This document shows positions 11,921 through 26,900 of a stretch of 64,000 bases of DNA, piece by piece. The DNA lies in assembly GCF_009834535.1 (NCBI RefSeq), contig NC_045697.1, forward strand, positions 106,456,001 through 106,520,000. The letters run 5' to 3'. The translations under genes and the position numbers were made by a program. Within the stretch, counting starts at the first letter, position 1. Each line of letters starts with the position of its first letter. The notes beneath the pieces were generated by a model. That model was not told the origin of the DNA and made no database searches. It saw only the letters and a program-made list of their open reading frames with translations. Source of the DNA: Camelus ferus. Lineage: Eukaryota.

Positions 11921-14858
11921 TTTCATCTCTCCAATCGGACCTATTGAAGTTTGAGGAAGAACTGAGCTGGGTACCCTTTAGGGCAGTTTCCCTACATGTT
12001 TAATTTTAAGTAGAAAATAGATCTAGATAGTACCAAGTCTCCAAGTCAAATAAATGATTTTTTACTTAAATTATCAGAATCTTGTCTGAGTCACCTTTAT
12101 ACTAAGCTGGAGCAAGAGTGATAGATCTCTCAAGAGGGAATACCTTTAAAGAACTCTTTCATTGGTAAGTCCTCAATAATGTTCTTTCCTTAGAAAAACA
12201 AAGAAACCAGCAGGTGCCAAAATTATTATTCCAGAATCTTTAGCACAGATTGCCTACTGGATTTTTTCACAACCCTGACAAAGTACAAAATCTGCTCTGA
12301 CCCATTTAGAACCCTAAAGCTTCACTATAAATCTCCCAAGAACTGGAAATCTTCACTTCATTAGGAACATGCTGGGATCCAGGGCTTCACAAAGGAGTTG
12401 CCTGAATGGCAGGAGGCAGTTGGAAAGAATCTTCTGAATTCTTTTACATTTCTAAAAATAAACAGGAGACTCTCTTGATGAGCTTAAGACACAGAAAATC
12501 AAACAGAGCTTAGGTCCTAGGTTCTTTAATACTCATCAGAATAAAACCTTTTGCACACTATCCAAACTTCTCAAATATAGAAAAGTATGTTTAAAAATTA
12601 TAAGACATTCTAAGAGGAAATACTGAAGTGCAAATTTCCATCAGATACTGAACAACTAATTTCACTACAAAATGATCATTTAGCTTGATATGTCCATTTC
12701 AGAAATCATGTTGGAAGCCTGTAACTTCCTCCCCCTGAAAACATGTAATTAGCTATACTATATTGGAAACAGCTCTAGAAAATGATGATCTCATCACCAG
12801 AATTGTATTCATAACCTGTCCTGAAAGAACAATCCAATCTTTATCAAACTAATTACCTTAATTAAGTCTATATGATAATTACTTAATATGGAAAAAGTGA
12901 TGTTTTTACACTTAATCACTCCAAAAGAATAGACTGATAATATTTTTTACTATGTTTCCAGAACTCCATGACAGATTTTTTCCATAACAAATCACAAATA
13001 TCAACCAGATGCCCAGAATGATTATTCCAACAATCATTATTCACCTCTGTTCCATCTCACTTAACAACAGTTAAGAATGATTTCTCTGAACAATTTCTTT
13101 GATCTATCTCCTTGGTCTATCATTAGCAACTGACCCAATGGACAGAGACTATCAACAGTAAAAAGTGTAGAATGTTCACATAAATCTTATATACTACCAC
13201 TCTGGAGTCTGAATCATATTACTGCAGTTAAAATCTGGGAATTTTCTCACGCCTCATTCATACAAATATTTCAAGAGATTAAATAAGTCTATGTCCGAGT
13301 ACATTTCACAAATCTGTATTTGAACAACATGACTCAGCAGTAGAATTGATTTTTAAAAGATAGCAACAAAAACAACAGTGTCCTACTCTTTGAAGACGGC
13401 ATGATTTTATTTTCTTTTTGTACCTCTCAAATACCTCTCAAAGAAGTATTGGTCTCTTCTGACAACAATCATAACAGCTCAGTGTTAACACTAAATGTAT
13501 TTCATTTGGCAAAATTCTTTGGCTTTAAAATGGAATATTTTAAGTAGCCCAAATAAGTAAACCAACTTACAAAGCTACATGAGATATAGTTTGTAACTGA
13601 GATTGCGTGAGGATGCAACACTACTTAAAATCAGACATTGGCCAGGGGGCTTTAGTTGTTTGTTTTACACGATGTGGTTTATCAGTAGCCTCCACCTTAA
13701 AATATTTCTCTGAGTCCATTGTTTCCCATCCTCTGAGGTACAGAACTCAGAGCTAATTGACAATACTATCCTGTCTTATAAAACAGAAAATATTGTTGAC
13801 TATGTATCTCAACATCTCTAAGCCAAAAAAACTCTGTAATTTTGTCAAATCCTAAGAAACTTTATTTCTTTGGACATATTCTGCGAAAAAAAAAACTGTG
13901 CTTTGCAGAACAATTTAAAAGCTTTCTTAAAACACAGGTAATAAATACTACTTAACTCAATTAATACTACTTAACTACTTACCTTTTTGCCTTAGCCCCA
14001 ACAAAACTTCTAGAAATTAATTCACTGTCCCAAAGTTATAATGACCTTAGTTGCTTGGTAGTACCTAGTCCCTGTATTCTTCCTTTGTTCTTTTTTTAAT
14101 CTTTAATAATCCAATTATACATTGTTTTAAATTTTTAAGCCAATTCCAAATAAGAAATGAATAAGCGAAATAGTCTTCTAGATCATAGCAACCTTGCAAT
14201 CATTTCCTACTTCTCACATATGCCTGTCTTCCTTAGTTACCAAAAGAATTCTAGAATCAGAATATTTCCTTGTGATGTAGTAGATGATCATTGGCTATTA
14301 CTATCACATTACTTATATCAAGGTGAGTTTTTCTACTCCAGACAAGAGTACAGGTTAGGCTCCTTCTGTAAATGAAAACAGATCACAGAAAATGTAAAAT
14401 GTCTCAGAGAAGGAATGTCTCTACTTGTAACATGTAAGATATAAAAGAATCAAGAAAAGTTGACTGAAGGATGAACATTCCTTATTTTTCATTTCTTAAA
14501 ATATTTAACATTATGTAACTAATATAGAATTATAATTGTCCATGATGATTAGAACTTCAATATTTATAAATGCCAAGTATTACATCAAAAGACTTGATCA
14601 CTTTCAACATTGGATTCAAATGCAACATCAAATGCAAAACCATCAAATGCTGCACAGTTGCCAGATAAAGGATACAGAAATAACACTGCAGCAATGTCTG
14701 CCTGGTTTAAACTTATAAGAGCTCAGCTTGATTGGGCTTAGTGGCAAATGGACTAAAATACTGTAATGGCACCTTATTTTAATGTACACACTGTGATGTC
14801 TTCAAGATGGATACCTTAACACTGGTCATTCTCTCTTTCCTGCATCATCAGTGTCAAA

Positions 14859-15051
14859 CAGTGGACCTCAATCGGGTGATTTTTACCCCTGGGAGACATT
14901 TGGCATCGTCTGGAGACATTTTTGGTTGTTACAACTGAGGGTAGTGTTACTGGCATCTAGCCACCTACAATGCACAAAACACCATCCTACCCACAACAAC
15001 AAGGAATTATCCAGCCCCAAAGGGCAATACGGTGTAGGCTGAGAAAAGCTG
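14859..15051 (+). mobile_element. MER20 (hAT-Charlie MITE)
   Basis: CAGTGG..CTCAA start, GACATTTGGCATCGTCTGGAGACATTTTTGGTTG core and GCTGAGAAAAGCTG end match MER20. Confidence 0.85.
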
Positions 15052-16626
15052 CTACAAGGACCAACATTCAAAAGCTCCTATTGTTGTGCTATGCCTCAGG
15101 TTGCAACAAGGAACCTCAGGTGCTGTGCCTCAGACTGCCTCAGACTGCAGTAAGGAAGGAGAAAGGAGAATTTAGGCTGACACATAACTGCTTCTATGGT
15201 CAGTTTAACCTCGGAATGCATTCTACATTTGGGTACTCAAAGCCCATATTCATTAAGCTCTCATTCTAGTCCTATCCTTTAATTCATTCAAAAATCTTCT
15301 TTAGGCCGTTCCAGGCGTAGAATGCTGGAAAACGCCTCTGTATAATTAAGTACAACTTTTAATAAAAGCCCTCAAGGTCACATCTATTTTGAACAAAAGC
15401 TCAAAGAGAAGCTAAACAGAAAAAATTTCATCAATCACTAGTTCTTCAATATCCTCCCTTTAAACTGCTTAAATTTTACTCCCCAAATGAAGCTGATTGC
15501 TCACCTGTAATTTTCATGTTTTTATTATAGTTCTGACAGTTCTTTGAAATTTCAGGACTGATCACAAAGATGCTCTAAAATGCAAATCAGATGTCCTCAC
15601 TATATTAAAATCTGAATAGTATCACAACAGAAATAACTGAAGTTGAAGTTCTCTGATCAGATGCTTCCTATGAAATATGAAGTAGCTAGACAAACTTTAA
15701 GCTCTGCTTTTAATTTATATGCTTTCAAGCTATTCAAATATAAAACAAGCACTAACAAATGGGCAACCTTGTCCATTGCAAGGCTAATAAATCAAAATCG
15801 CCAAGGTAAGTTAACTGCATTTCCAGTGGGTGCAGATTTATCATCAGAGGCCTGATAATCATGCAACCACTAAAAAAAGCAATGTGTTTTCCATGACCTT
15901 GGTCATAATTCACCAACAACACTGACTCGTAACTTTTCACCATTATATCACACTAGGCACACTCTAAAAAAGATTTCAGGATTTTTGGACTTCTAAATGA
16001 ACACGCATGTGTTCATTTGGTGATATCTTTCTTTTTGACATTAGAACTCAGTTTAAAAAAAAACTATAAACATCTGATACATGAAAAATAGGACAGTGGA
16101 TAAGAAAACTGAAGAAAAGCAAAACTTAAATGTCTGGAATTTTCCTGAAAATGCAGAGTTGGTTAGAAGCTTGAGTTAGTCCAAATACAGAAGGCTCCAA
16201 AATTTCACCTTTTCAGTAATTACTATATCTCTTACATCTGGCAATTTCTTTTACTTGAATTCCCCACACCAAACTAGTAATAAATCAAGCAGGAATGTCA
16301 CCAAAGTTGAAATAAAGTCAGAGAAGCTTTCAAACATTCCATTCTGTAAGTGGTTTTATTTTGATCTCTGTAAGTGGAGAAAGGCCTGGCTGCCACAAAT
16401 ATTTCCAAGAGGGAAAAAGTGAGTAAGAGATGCTGATATCTTTCTATGCTTTTCAGAGATTAACTGAAAGTATAGCAAATCCTTTCAAGAACACAAGATG
16501 GAAGAAACAAGGAATAAATTGTTGCAACAATGGTCAACAAGCCAAGGTACATTTACCAAATATTAGCTCTCAAGTTTAGAATGAGAGAATAAAAATGATG
16601 AGATTTTTTAAATATTTAAATAGAGG

Positions 16627-16676
16627 TTTTTGTTTTTTTGTTTTGTTTTGTTTTGTTTTGTTTTGTTTTGTTTTTG
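16627..16676. repeat. (TTTTG)n microsatellite
   Basis: Directly visible. Confidence 0.95.
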
Positions 16677-17894
16677 TCTTAAGACAATAGGCCAAGTAGC
16701 TAGAGGATAAAATGCTGAAGAAGTTCACCATTTGAAGAATTGCTTAAAATTGAAAGCCTCAATTGGGATCCTGATAGGAATCCTTCCTGAATGTATAACT
16801 TTAGCCTAGTTATGTAATCACTCAGAGCCTCTGGTTTTTGCTTTTTGCTTTGTTTTGCTTTGTTTTAGTGTTGGTTCTGGTTTTCTTTTTTTTAAGATTA
16901 TAAAATCTAGCTTCCAGAAGGATTATAGCAGTTAACGTATATAAACAGCCTGAAACATGTATTATGTAAGAAAGTGGATGACATTGATTGTTAACTCTCT
17001 GACAAAGTAGGTTATGTGGTCTCCATGTCAGAAGACAAAGAGCAAAGACAGAGGGTGGGGAGGAGCTGGCATACTGGGTCCCACACACTTCGGAAGCCCT
17101 GATTCTGAAGACAGCCCAGACAGCAACCACTGTGGAGATGTTCCGATTGCTGAGTGGAAACAAGTCTGTTGGAAAACTCAAGATTCTAACAATAATAGTA
17201 GCTAACATGCCAGACACAACAATCCAATTGAGGTGGTTCTATCATTTTCTAGTAGTATTGTTCTACAGCTTCAGGAACCAAAAGTCAAAGAAATTGAGGA
17301 ACTTGCCCAGGTTAAAGGCAGCAAATGGGAGGCATGTGGTCTAGAGATGTACTATTACCAAAAGTAAACCCAAGAGCAGGCAGCAATGGGTATAGAGTGG
17401 ATTCTGCCTGTGATGAGTCCTGGATGCCAGCTTCCCACCAAGGTGTTCCTTTTGAGCTTACAGCTGGAGCTAATCATTCTTCTAGACACATCTTTCCTTT
17501 AGCCCCCTTACCTTCCCTGGACCAGGATCTGATGCTCCAGCAGCGTTCTGGCAAAGACTTGAGTTTTAGCAAAGAAGCTAAGATGAACAGCAAGACTAGA
17601 TTCCAGGAGAGTCAAGCTTGAATGAGTGGGATGGCCAGATGCAGGTAAACAACACTGAGACAATATACAAAATTGTTTTTGTTTTTGTCATACAATATCT
17701 GAGAGAATGCAAAAGTTAAAACTGAAGAAGCCAATTTTGACATTAGCAGAATGGGCAAACACAAGGTCTGAAAACAGCCAGCAAAGCCAAAAAATTAGGA
17801 ACTAAATACACTCAGGTATGAATTCAAAAACCAAAAGCAAAAATAAAACAACAGGGCCCAGACATTTTCCCTTAAACAAGGGGATTCACAGTGA

Positions 17895-18150
17895 TGAGTA
17901 GAGGAGGGGAGTCAACACCTCAAAGGTCAACTCTCAACCGGTGGGTGATGGAAGTCTATGGATTCCTGCTCCAGCCTCCTGTTCTTAGGGTAGACAATTC
18001 TGAGAAGCACTCGGCACAATTCTCCAAGGTTCAGATGGTATACTGTCCGCATTGCCTACAGCAGCAACCTCAATAACGCACCCTTCTTTTGGTTTTCTTT
18101 CTTTCACTGCCTCATGTTCCCCACTCTGTCATTCTACAGTGTCTCAAATA
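17895..18150 (+). mobile_element. ERVL LTR16-like fragment
   Basis: GCTCCAGCCTCCTGTTCTTAGGGTAGACAATTCTGAGAAGCA and TAACGCACCCTT resemble LTR16. Confidence 0.6.
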
Positions 18151-19364
18151 AGGTAAGAAATTTGCGTCTGGATGTACCATGAGCTCATAATTGTAGCTGG
18201 AAAGTTATAAAAGGGACCGTAACTCCTACTTTGCCAGATAGCACCAGCTCTTGGTACAGTGGCCCTGTTAGGTTTACAAAACCCTAGCCAAAAGGCAAAG
18301 AAAACCCCACCATCATCTACCCTCCCAGAGGAAGCAACACATCTCTGGGTGACTCAAGATTACTGAGAATCCCATCACACCCTAAGCCCAATATGGTCAG
18401 TGTTCGTACATTGCTAAGCATTGCACTAACTAGAGAATAAAAAAGGACTCATTCTGGCTTCTTTTGTAATCTTGCATTTTTTGTATAATTGCAATAAAAC
18501 AGAATTTGAAATTCTATGCTATTCCCAATAACACAGACTCTTTCCTTAGACAGGAAATACCTTCTTGCAAGCCTTTGGATAGACAAATCTACTGGGGCAA
18601 CCGTGAGGGAAACTGCTGTGACCAAAGCTATGCGTGAATGACAAGGGAATATAGACACAAGGCTCTATGGATCTGATGAGCATGAACTGTCCTCAGGAGT
18701 TCTGTAAATGCTTTCAGAGCCCAGGTCGGATGCCTCTCAGTTTGTGGAAAGTCCAGACGGAAAGAATGAACCAGAATAAGAGTCACATCAAAAGGCTTCC
18801 TCTATCCTTGCTTCACCTTGGCCTTCTGCTGACTGGCCTGTAGAGCCTCCCCACCAAGCAGAATAGGCACCCTAAGTGCTGTTCAACAAAAAGTGGAAGG
18901 CTTGGCAGCAACAGGAGATAAATATATGTCAGTTCAAGGAGAACTCAACCTCCTTGATATCATCCAGCCAGAGGATTCCCTAGTGGATCTGAACTCTGGC
19001 ATCTGTTATTCTGGAAGAGAATACTGGCATGGCACCTATGATTGCCTAAGTGTACATTTTGCTTATTTATACTTGCTGCAAAGATATACCATATATAACT
19101 TTATAAATTTCCTCAAACACAATAAGGCATTTATTATCAAGTTTTTAAGCATTTTAAAGCATTTATTATCAAATGCTTTATCACATTTGAGGTAATTTAT
19201 AAAGACATATATGGTAAAGGACAAAAAAAGAGAGGAAATCAGAGCAGATGGTAAATTAGGAGATAATAATAAGGCAAAACAAGTGGAATATATAAATCAC
19301 CAACTAGTCTAAGATTTTTAAGGGAGAAAAGGAATAGCCACAAAATTATGGACAAATAATATTA

Positions 19365-19610
19365 ACAATACAAATACTTACAGAGTATTTATATACTCCA
19401 GTCACTGTTCTAAGCACTTGTCAAATATTGTCTCATTTTATCTTTACCATAACCCTATTGAGTAGGAACTATCTTTTTCTCCATTTTATGGGTGGGGAGG
19501 GAGGGAGGAGAAACAAGGTAATTTACCCCAGGCCACACACCTTGGAAACAGTGGCACTAGGAGTCAAATTCAGGCAGTGTGGCCCCTAAGCCCGTACTCT
19601 CATCTACCAA
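19365..19610 (-). mobile_element. MIR SINE
   Basis: CACTGTTCTAAGCACTT..TCTCATTT..ATAACCCTATTGAGTAGG..CCATTTTAT is the reverse MIR pattern. Confidence 0.75.
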
Positions 19611-19649
19611 CTTATGCTGGTAACTGTCCCGAAAAGGGAAGGAATCAGG

Positions 19650-21910
19650 AACACAAAGAAACTGAAAACAGTATGAGAGGGTAATTTGAAAAATACCATG
19701 CTAAAAATTTTAAAAACCTAGAGATATGCTTACAGGGAAATGCACACTACTAAACTCAACCATGTAAAGGAGAGGAAAACTAAAATAAAACCATGGGGGA
19801 AAAATGAGGAAGTTGTCACAGACCCGCCCCCAAAAAACTGCCAGATTCAGTGCTTTTTTACATTAATGATTTCAAATTTTCAAGGAAGATATAGTTAAAT
19901 TATTATTTCAAGAATTCCAGAGCATAGTAATAAACAGAAGAAAAAAGTACATAAAATTATTTCCTGAGTCTGGCATAAACTTGGTACCAAAACCTGACAA
20001 AAAAAATGACTGAAGCAGGAACAATGGGTCAATTTTGCTTAGAAATATAAATGCAGGCCTCCTATGCAAAATATTAAAAATTCATATCCAGTGTTTACTT
20101 AAAACTAACATCAGAAACATGTAGTCTTTATACAAAGAAGGCAAGAAAGGTTCAACACTAGGCTATCTATCAATGAAGTCATCACAGTAAGAAAATAAAT
20201 GAGAGTAACAATTGATCCTGAAAAATGATATAAAAAACACTGACATCCATGATGATATATTTTTAAGGCTTTTAGTAAACTAGGGGTAAAAAGAAATTTC
20301 TTCAACATGATCAAAATATTTTCAAATAAACACAAGGAAAATATCCTTAATGATGAAATACTAGATTAATTCTCATAAAAGATGGAAGCTATCAAATCTT
20401 CCCTTATTCTACTATAAACATAGTAAGAGGGAGAATAGAAAATTCAGATACATCTACACATAGTGGGGAACTAAGCAGAAGATAGAAGAATAATTTCAAA
20501 CAAATGGGAAAGAATGAATTATAAAACATATATAATTGGGACAATTACTTTTCATTTAGGAAAAAGATATTTTACCTCACATCACAACACACAAAAAATA
20601 AATTCCAGAAGCAATAGTTTTATATATAAAAATTCAATAATATATTTTTAAAATTAGAATAGTTTCTAACTTGAGATTATTCTTTCTAAGCATGAAACAA
20701 AACCAAGAAATCATAAAGGAGAATATTGAAAGATTTTACATGTAAAAATTGTAACTTTTGTTCAAGAAAATATACCATAAATCAAATTAAAAGACAAACA
20801 GAAATATTGAGAAAAATAGCTGTAGTAAACATGACAAAGAGTTAATATCTTTAATCAATAGAGAATACTTTTAAAACAATTTAAAAAGATGACCACTGCA
20901 GTTTAAAAAATATATCAAAAGACGCAAAAAGACAATCCATAAAAGAAATGTAAATAGCCAATAGCTACAAGAAAAAGATGTTCAATCTCACTAATGATAA
21001 CAATTGTAACAAGAATCTAATACTCAGCTATCTATTCAAAAATAATATGACTGTTAATGCCCAGTGTTTGGGGGAGAGAAGGATTTAAGTTAGCGACTCA
21101 ATTCCCTTCTGATAGAAGAGTAAATTGGCACAACTTTTCTGGAAAGGAATATAGCAACCTACATCAAATCCAAAATATGCCTGTCTTTAAACATTGCAAT
21201 TCTACCTCTAGGAGTATTTCTAAGGAATTAATTTAATAAGTATTCAATGAATTATACATAAAGATATTCCTGGAACAATTATTTAAAACAATGGCTTTTT
21301 ATTTTTCCCAGCCTTATTGAGATATTATTGACATATAACATATGTGCATATGTACATATATTGACATATAACATATGTACAATGTGATGATTATATATAT
21401 GTATATATTGCAAAGTGATTACCACAGTAAAGTTAGTTAACATCTCCTATCCCTTCATGTAACTACACTTACTGTGGTGATAACATTTCAGATTTACTCT
21501 CTTAACAACTTTCAAGTATATAACACTGTATTGTCAATTATAACCACCATGCTGTATAAAACAATGGCATACATAAAACAGCACAAATGTCCCTCAGTTT
21601 ATTGGTCAATTTATGATGATTCCATACTATGAAATGTTATTCATTTGTTTAGAAAAATAAGGTGAAAGTTTGATATTTAGAAAGTTCTTTATGACATACT
21701 ACCACTTGATTAAAGTAGGCTTTAATAAGAAAATAATTATTAATCACATAATGCAATTTATGGAACTAAATAAAATTTTTAGTCTGGAAAGATATAAATA
21801 AAAAAGAAGAAAACAATTTGGAAAAATATAAACCAGTGCTGTCTATAAATGGTTGGATTATGAATATTTTTCTTCTTTTTGTTTGTATACTTCCTGATTT
21901 TTCTCTAATA
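19650..21910 (+). mobile_element. Ancient L1 (L1ME/L1M-like) ORF2 to 3'UTR remnant
   Basis: Ordered decayed ORF2 landmarks: TACCAAAACCTGACA, GAAAGGTTCAACACTAGG, GATGTTCAATCTCACTAAT, TAAATTGGCACAACTTTTCTGGAAA, GCAATTCTACCTCTAGG. Confidence 0.75.
21296..21556 (-). mobile_element. L1MA-like 3' end inserted antisense into the older L1
   Basis: Reverse L1 3' UTR sequence flanked by a perfect 12-bp TSD TAAAACAATGGC at 21284-21295 and 21557-21568. Confidence 0.85.
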
Positions 21911-23484
21911 AATGTGTTTTGCCTTTGTAATATTTATTTAAATTTCCTACAATCAAAGAATCTAGATTAAAATATCCACCTTTTTAATAGACCCATAAAC
22001 ATTAATAATTTAGACCCATAAACAGAGAACTAATCTGTTTTCATAGAAAACTATTTTTTGCTATTGTAGCAAAATACACCAACCTTCCTAGTATTATTTC
22101 TTCCATATTTAGTACAAGTGTTTAGTTGCTTCTAAAAATCTAAAATCAAGGGACACAGATAATATAAATACTTGGTCCAGCTCTTATTATTTTAACCTTC
22201 CCAAAGTAAAATGATGTCTCTTCATAGGTCAGTTTTCTCTAAAGTAATATGGGTAATTCAGTGTTGATATCAAACACATGCTATTGATTGGCTGACTCAT
22301 TTTCTACCAATCTAGAAAAATGTCATGATGTCTAATGACACACTATAATATCATGACAGAGCAACTCTTTACAAGGTAAATTATAATTACAGAAAAATAA
22401 AGTAAACAGGGGGAAATAAAAGATCCTCAAGTTGGCCACATGAAGAATTTTGTGTAAATGTGAAAGAAAACAGTTTCTTCTGTTTATAAATGATAGTTGG
22501 ATACCTCTGCAATTAATTTTTAAAATCTCAAATCATGTCCTAGAAGCACTCTGTCTCAAAACAAGTTTGTTATTTTAGTCTCCACACTCACTGAGTCTTT
22601 CTCCAAATAAGCTGCCAAACCCAGCACCAGCTGGCCCCTTAGGAACAAGTCTAGGCTAACAGCAGATATTTCTTTTTGAATTGTTAATAGAGATTTAAAG
22701 AACAGAACTGAACTAATCTAAACCTGTTAGATTGGAATAAAGGGTTACAATCAGGAGAGTTTGAATTATGTGGTAAAAATTTCAAAAATTTCCATTTTCT
22801 TCCCTATAAATGCTTATCTGTTGTAAGCGTTCTGATTTTTCAAACATCAATTGTAGATAAGGTACCTAGCAATTCTCCTGCTCCCTTATGCCTGACTCTT
22901 TCTCAGTGTTGTCAGAGTATCCTTGGAAGCATTAGTAAAACTCAGAGAAAAACAGGCACAGCAGCATAGCATGTGGTACCCAACTCTCACTTCCTTCCCT
23001 ACTTTCCAGGACTCCATCCACAATATCAATAAAATTTACAGAGATTCAAGTTAATAGGAAAATGGTAAATGCATATGACTGCTAGATTGCTAGTGAGAAT
23101 GTAAACTGGCTCAACCACTCTACAGGGCAATACATGGCAATGCTCTTTAAAATCTTCATGCCCTTTGACCCAGGTAATTCCCCCAGAACTATTTACATTC
23201 AAGTAGGTTCAGCACAGCATTATTTGAGTCACAATGGACTCATTCTTTTGCTGGATCTCTTTTAACTTTGATCAGGTGATCAAACTTTGATCCAGACACT
23301 GAGCAATCTTTCAGCCTAATGATCTCTAATGATTCTCAACCAGGATCCCAAGGGTTGTTTAGAAATGTGGGCTAGTGTGATGGTCCTATTAGGTGGGGCC
23401 AGATGCTACATGCCTGCAATGCCTGGATTATTTTCACATAACAAAGAATTGCCTCGCCCAAAATTACCAGTAATAGAAACTAGT

Positions 23485-23916
23485 GCTCTGCCCAGATCCC
23501 CTCTTCAATGCCAATGCATCCACCTTCAAGTTGCAGGGAATACCATTTGCTTATATTTCATAGCTATGTCCTTCACTGAGCATTGCCTCTGCTGCAGAGA
23601 ACTGCCTTGCCCAAGGTTATTCTCCCTCCCAGGAGGAACCCACGGGTCATGTCTGGCTGATAAAGGATGCAGAACGCAAAGGACCTGACTCTTTTGCTTC
23701 AACTTGGAACAAAGCTTTCTTATCCTTACAGCTTTCTTTAGGACTTGCTGAAAGGTTCAACTGCTATCCTATCTGCAGGTCAGTTTCTCCTTCTGCCCAA
23801 TTTTGCCTTCCTAACTTCATCACAGGAGTATCTCCTGTGAACACACACATACCAGTAAACTTCTGCACTCAGTTCTCCTTCTCAGAGTCTGTTCCCACAG
23901 AATTCAATTTATGACA
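23485..23916 (+). mobile_element. ERVL solo LTR (LTR16/LTR33-like)
   Basis: Starts near CTGCCCAGATCCCCTCTTCA and ends CAGTAAACTTCTGCAC..TCTCAGAGTCTGTT..TATGACA. Confidence 0.65.
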
Positions 23917-26900
23917 ATCCTCACTGAGGATTTACACTGCTTTAGTCCACCCCCTCATTTTCCAGATGAGTAAGGTTAAGGACTAGAGAAGGTAAAGATC
24001 ATGCTTAAGGTACAGGGGTAGCTAGTTCAGCATTCACTGCACAGAATGATACATTAAAAACTGAGGAGCTTGAAAAATTGGGAGAGAACTGAATGAGACA
24101 GAAAAAATATTAAAAATATTTACTGTGGGAAATAATAAGTACCCAAGGAAAAGAAAGCAGAATGAGAATATGAAAAAGTATTTAGATTTGACTATATGGA
24201 GTAATTTCAAATAATGGTAGAGCTTGAGAAGCAATACTACTAGTTCTCTGCAATAACAGAAATCTAAGAAGACTGCCTAAATATTTCAGTTTGGAGAAGA
24301 CTACTTACTGAATACTCTAATTACTAACAGTTTGCCTAAACTATTGATATTTAGTGTTCATCATCACGATGGAGCCCAAAAAATAATAATTAGACATTTT
24401 CCTCTCAAAAGAAAACAGTTGGTAGGATATGGAGATTATCCATTGAGGTGAGAGTGAATAAATACAAAGCGGTAAGTCAAATTTCCTTCATTTACAACAC
24501 TTATTCCTCTTTCTTCAGGAAAGGCAGCTAGTTCTAGACACCTACTGCCCACCAAAGAAGTCTCTCTTAGCCCCAGTTTTCTCTTCTGGGCCATTTGTCA
24601 ATCTTGAGAGACACATCTCTACCAAGACCAATTCCTCCACTCTTATTTTAACATAGTTCTTAAGTATGTTATTATTAATATTTTTGCTCCACAATTTTTA
24701 TACTTACAGTATGTTTGTTCTAAGTGCAGAAATTTCCCTTATTATTTTTAAGAATCAAGTAGAAAGAACAACAATATTGCTGAAAGTTCCAATTATAGCG
24801 TTCACAACCACCCCTTCCCCCACACAAAAAAAGAAAAACAAAATATACAGGTTTTGAAGGATTTTTTGCAATGCTATTCCATACCTGGAATGCAAAACTA
24901 AGTTGCAAATTACTAAGACTTTTCATTTTTTTACATGAAAGAAAAACTGCATTTATCACACTAGAACTCTTAATTTTTTTCAGAATCAAAATTAGTTATT
25001 TTAAAAACCAGGGAATAAAGCAAATTGAATGAATGGAATTATAACCAAAGCCAATATGATCAAGATAATTTTCCTCAAAACCACATTTGAAAAGAATTTG
25101 ACATTTTAATGTGAAAACTCACAGAAGTCCTTTGTGTTTAACTAAGCCCCTCAAAATATTGTGTTAATACTTAACATTTATTTTAAAACATTTTAAGAAG
25201 TACTTTTACTATATAAGTGTCCAAAAGCAATCCTGAAAAGAGTATTTTTTCTCACTTAAATTAAAAACTTCCTGCTTTTCAAAGTTTGATAGGTTACAAG
25301 CATAAAATACAAGGTTCCTGTTGATTATCTCATGGCATGAAGAGAATCTTGTCCATCAGCTTCAGGTAGAGTACTACCTAGAATTTACTATTAATAATTT
25401 CTTCCTTGTCTCAATCATCTTTGTGAGGTATGGCAGGAAGGAGTCAAATGTTAGGACTCACTCTTTAAAAAGTTGAAGAATGACAGGAGTTACTGACAGA
25501 CCCGACTCTGTTATCAAAACTCTACTTTTACATCAAAGATCACCATGGTTTTATTTCAGTCATCCTCTGATTTTATTGGCCACACTCTCTTCATAGTGCA
25601 TAGAACAATCATGTTTCATTAAATCTGGAAAAAGTAATAAGCATTCCACATTTTGGGGTTAGCAATATGGGCCTCCTCCTGTGTTAAACATGGCCCAGTT
25701 TACAGCTAAGTTGACGATTCAAAGGCTAAACTAGAAAAAGTCAGGACAGCTTGACTTTGTTGGTTTCCCAGTTGTACAGCTTGCAATCTCTCTATTTCAT
25801 CGAGGTAGTAGGGCACCATAACAGGAACAGATTGTTCCATCAGCAGAACAAAAATTGAACCAGCAGCAGCTTTCTCCCAAACTGTAACTGTTTTCCAAAT
25901 GTGCATGCTCTAGTTAGGGCTAAGGTTATTTACTCGAACGCTAATAAAGTTACTGTGGCCACCAGCTCTCTAAGTTGAATTTAGATGCTGTTCTTTTCTC
26001 TCCTGCCTAAAAGATCTGGTCATCTTCCTCGATCTTTTTTCCTAGCTGTAGGTTCTGAACCAAATATCCTTTTGTATCTGTGTGAAATTGTTATTTGACA
26101 CTGATCACTCTGTTTAGCTTGGCATCATTCTGCAAACGCTCGTACATTTAGAAAAATAACATTTCCTCAGTATTCTTATAATTATGATTTACTTCTTCTC
26201 TATCAGGTTACTTTTAAGACCAATTCTATGATCAAGGTAACAAAAAGACCAGAAACTCTTGGATCATGGAAATAGCTTCTTGGTAGATATTCTCTAGTAA
26301 ATCTTTATTAAATCACCCCTGGCTTTCCAATGTCCTTGCAATGATGTCATAACTACATAATTCGGTTCACAAGCCCTGTACCATCTGTCTTCTGCTTACT
26401 CTTCCAAAGCCTCATGTTCCCCTTGAACTCTAGCCTCAGCTGCAGTAAACCTCTTCCCATTCTGGAAGGCACCATGGTCCTCTTGCCTTGGAGCCTGCAC
26501 ACCCACTTTTCTCTGCCTAAACACTCTTGCCAGAAGTACTCTCACCACTTTTGCCTGCCTACCTCCTTCTCATCTTCTCTCTTTGCCTCATAAATACATA
26601 TCGAATTTGTCCATGTCTGATAGAATTAGTATTGCCACCAAGACTTACCTGTCTGAAAACACCTCCCTTACTAGGACATTCTTGTAAAGATGCAAATACA
26701 AATTTTAAGAGAATTGATAAAGAATTATTTTCATGTAATGAATTTAGTGAAGTTAATAATGTGGTTTGCTTTATGAATAACCCAAGCAGAGAAGAGCCCC
26801 AAGGTAAGAAATGGAGGCCTGGATGGGGAACCCTCTCAGAGGCCCTGATCATCTGTATAAAGGGTACCAAAGAGGGAACACAAATTGCTAATTGTCTGTG

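Noticed and set aside
13983..14009. Minus-strand microexon ending in the strong donor AAG|GTAAGT
   Set aside because: The nearest acceptor has a poor pyrimidine tract, and isolated donors are common by chance.
18150..19050. Possible ERVL internal sequence next to the LTR16-like fragment
   Set aside because: I could not identify a primer-binding site or any gag/pol motif by eye.
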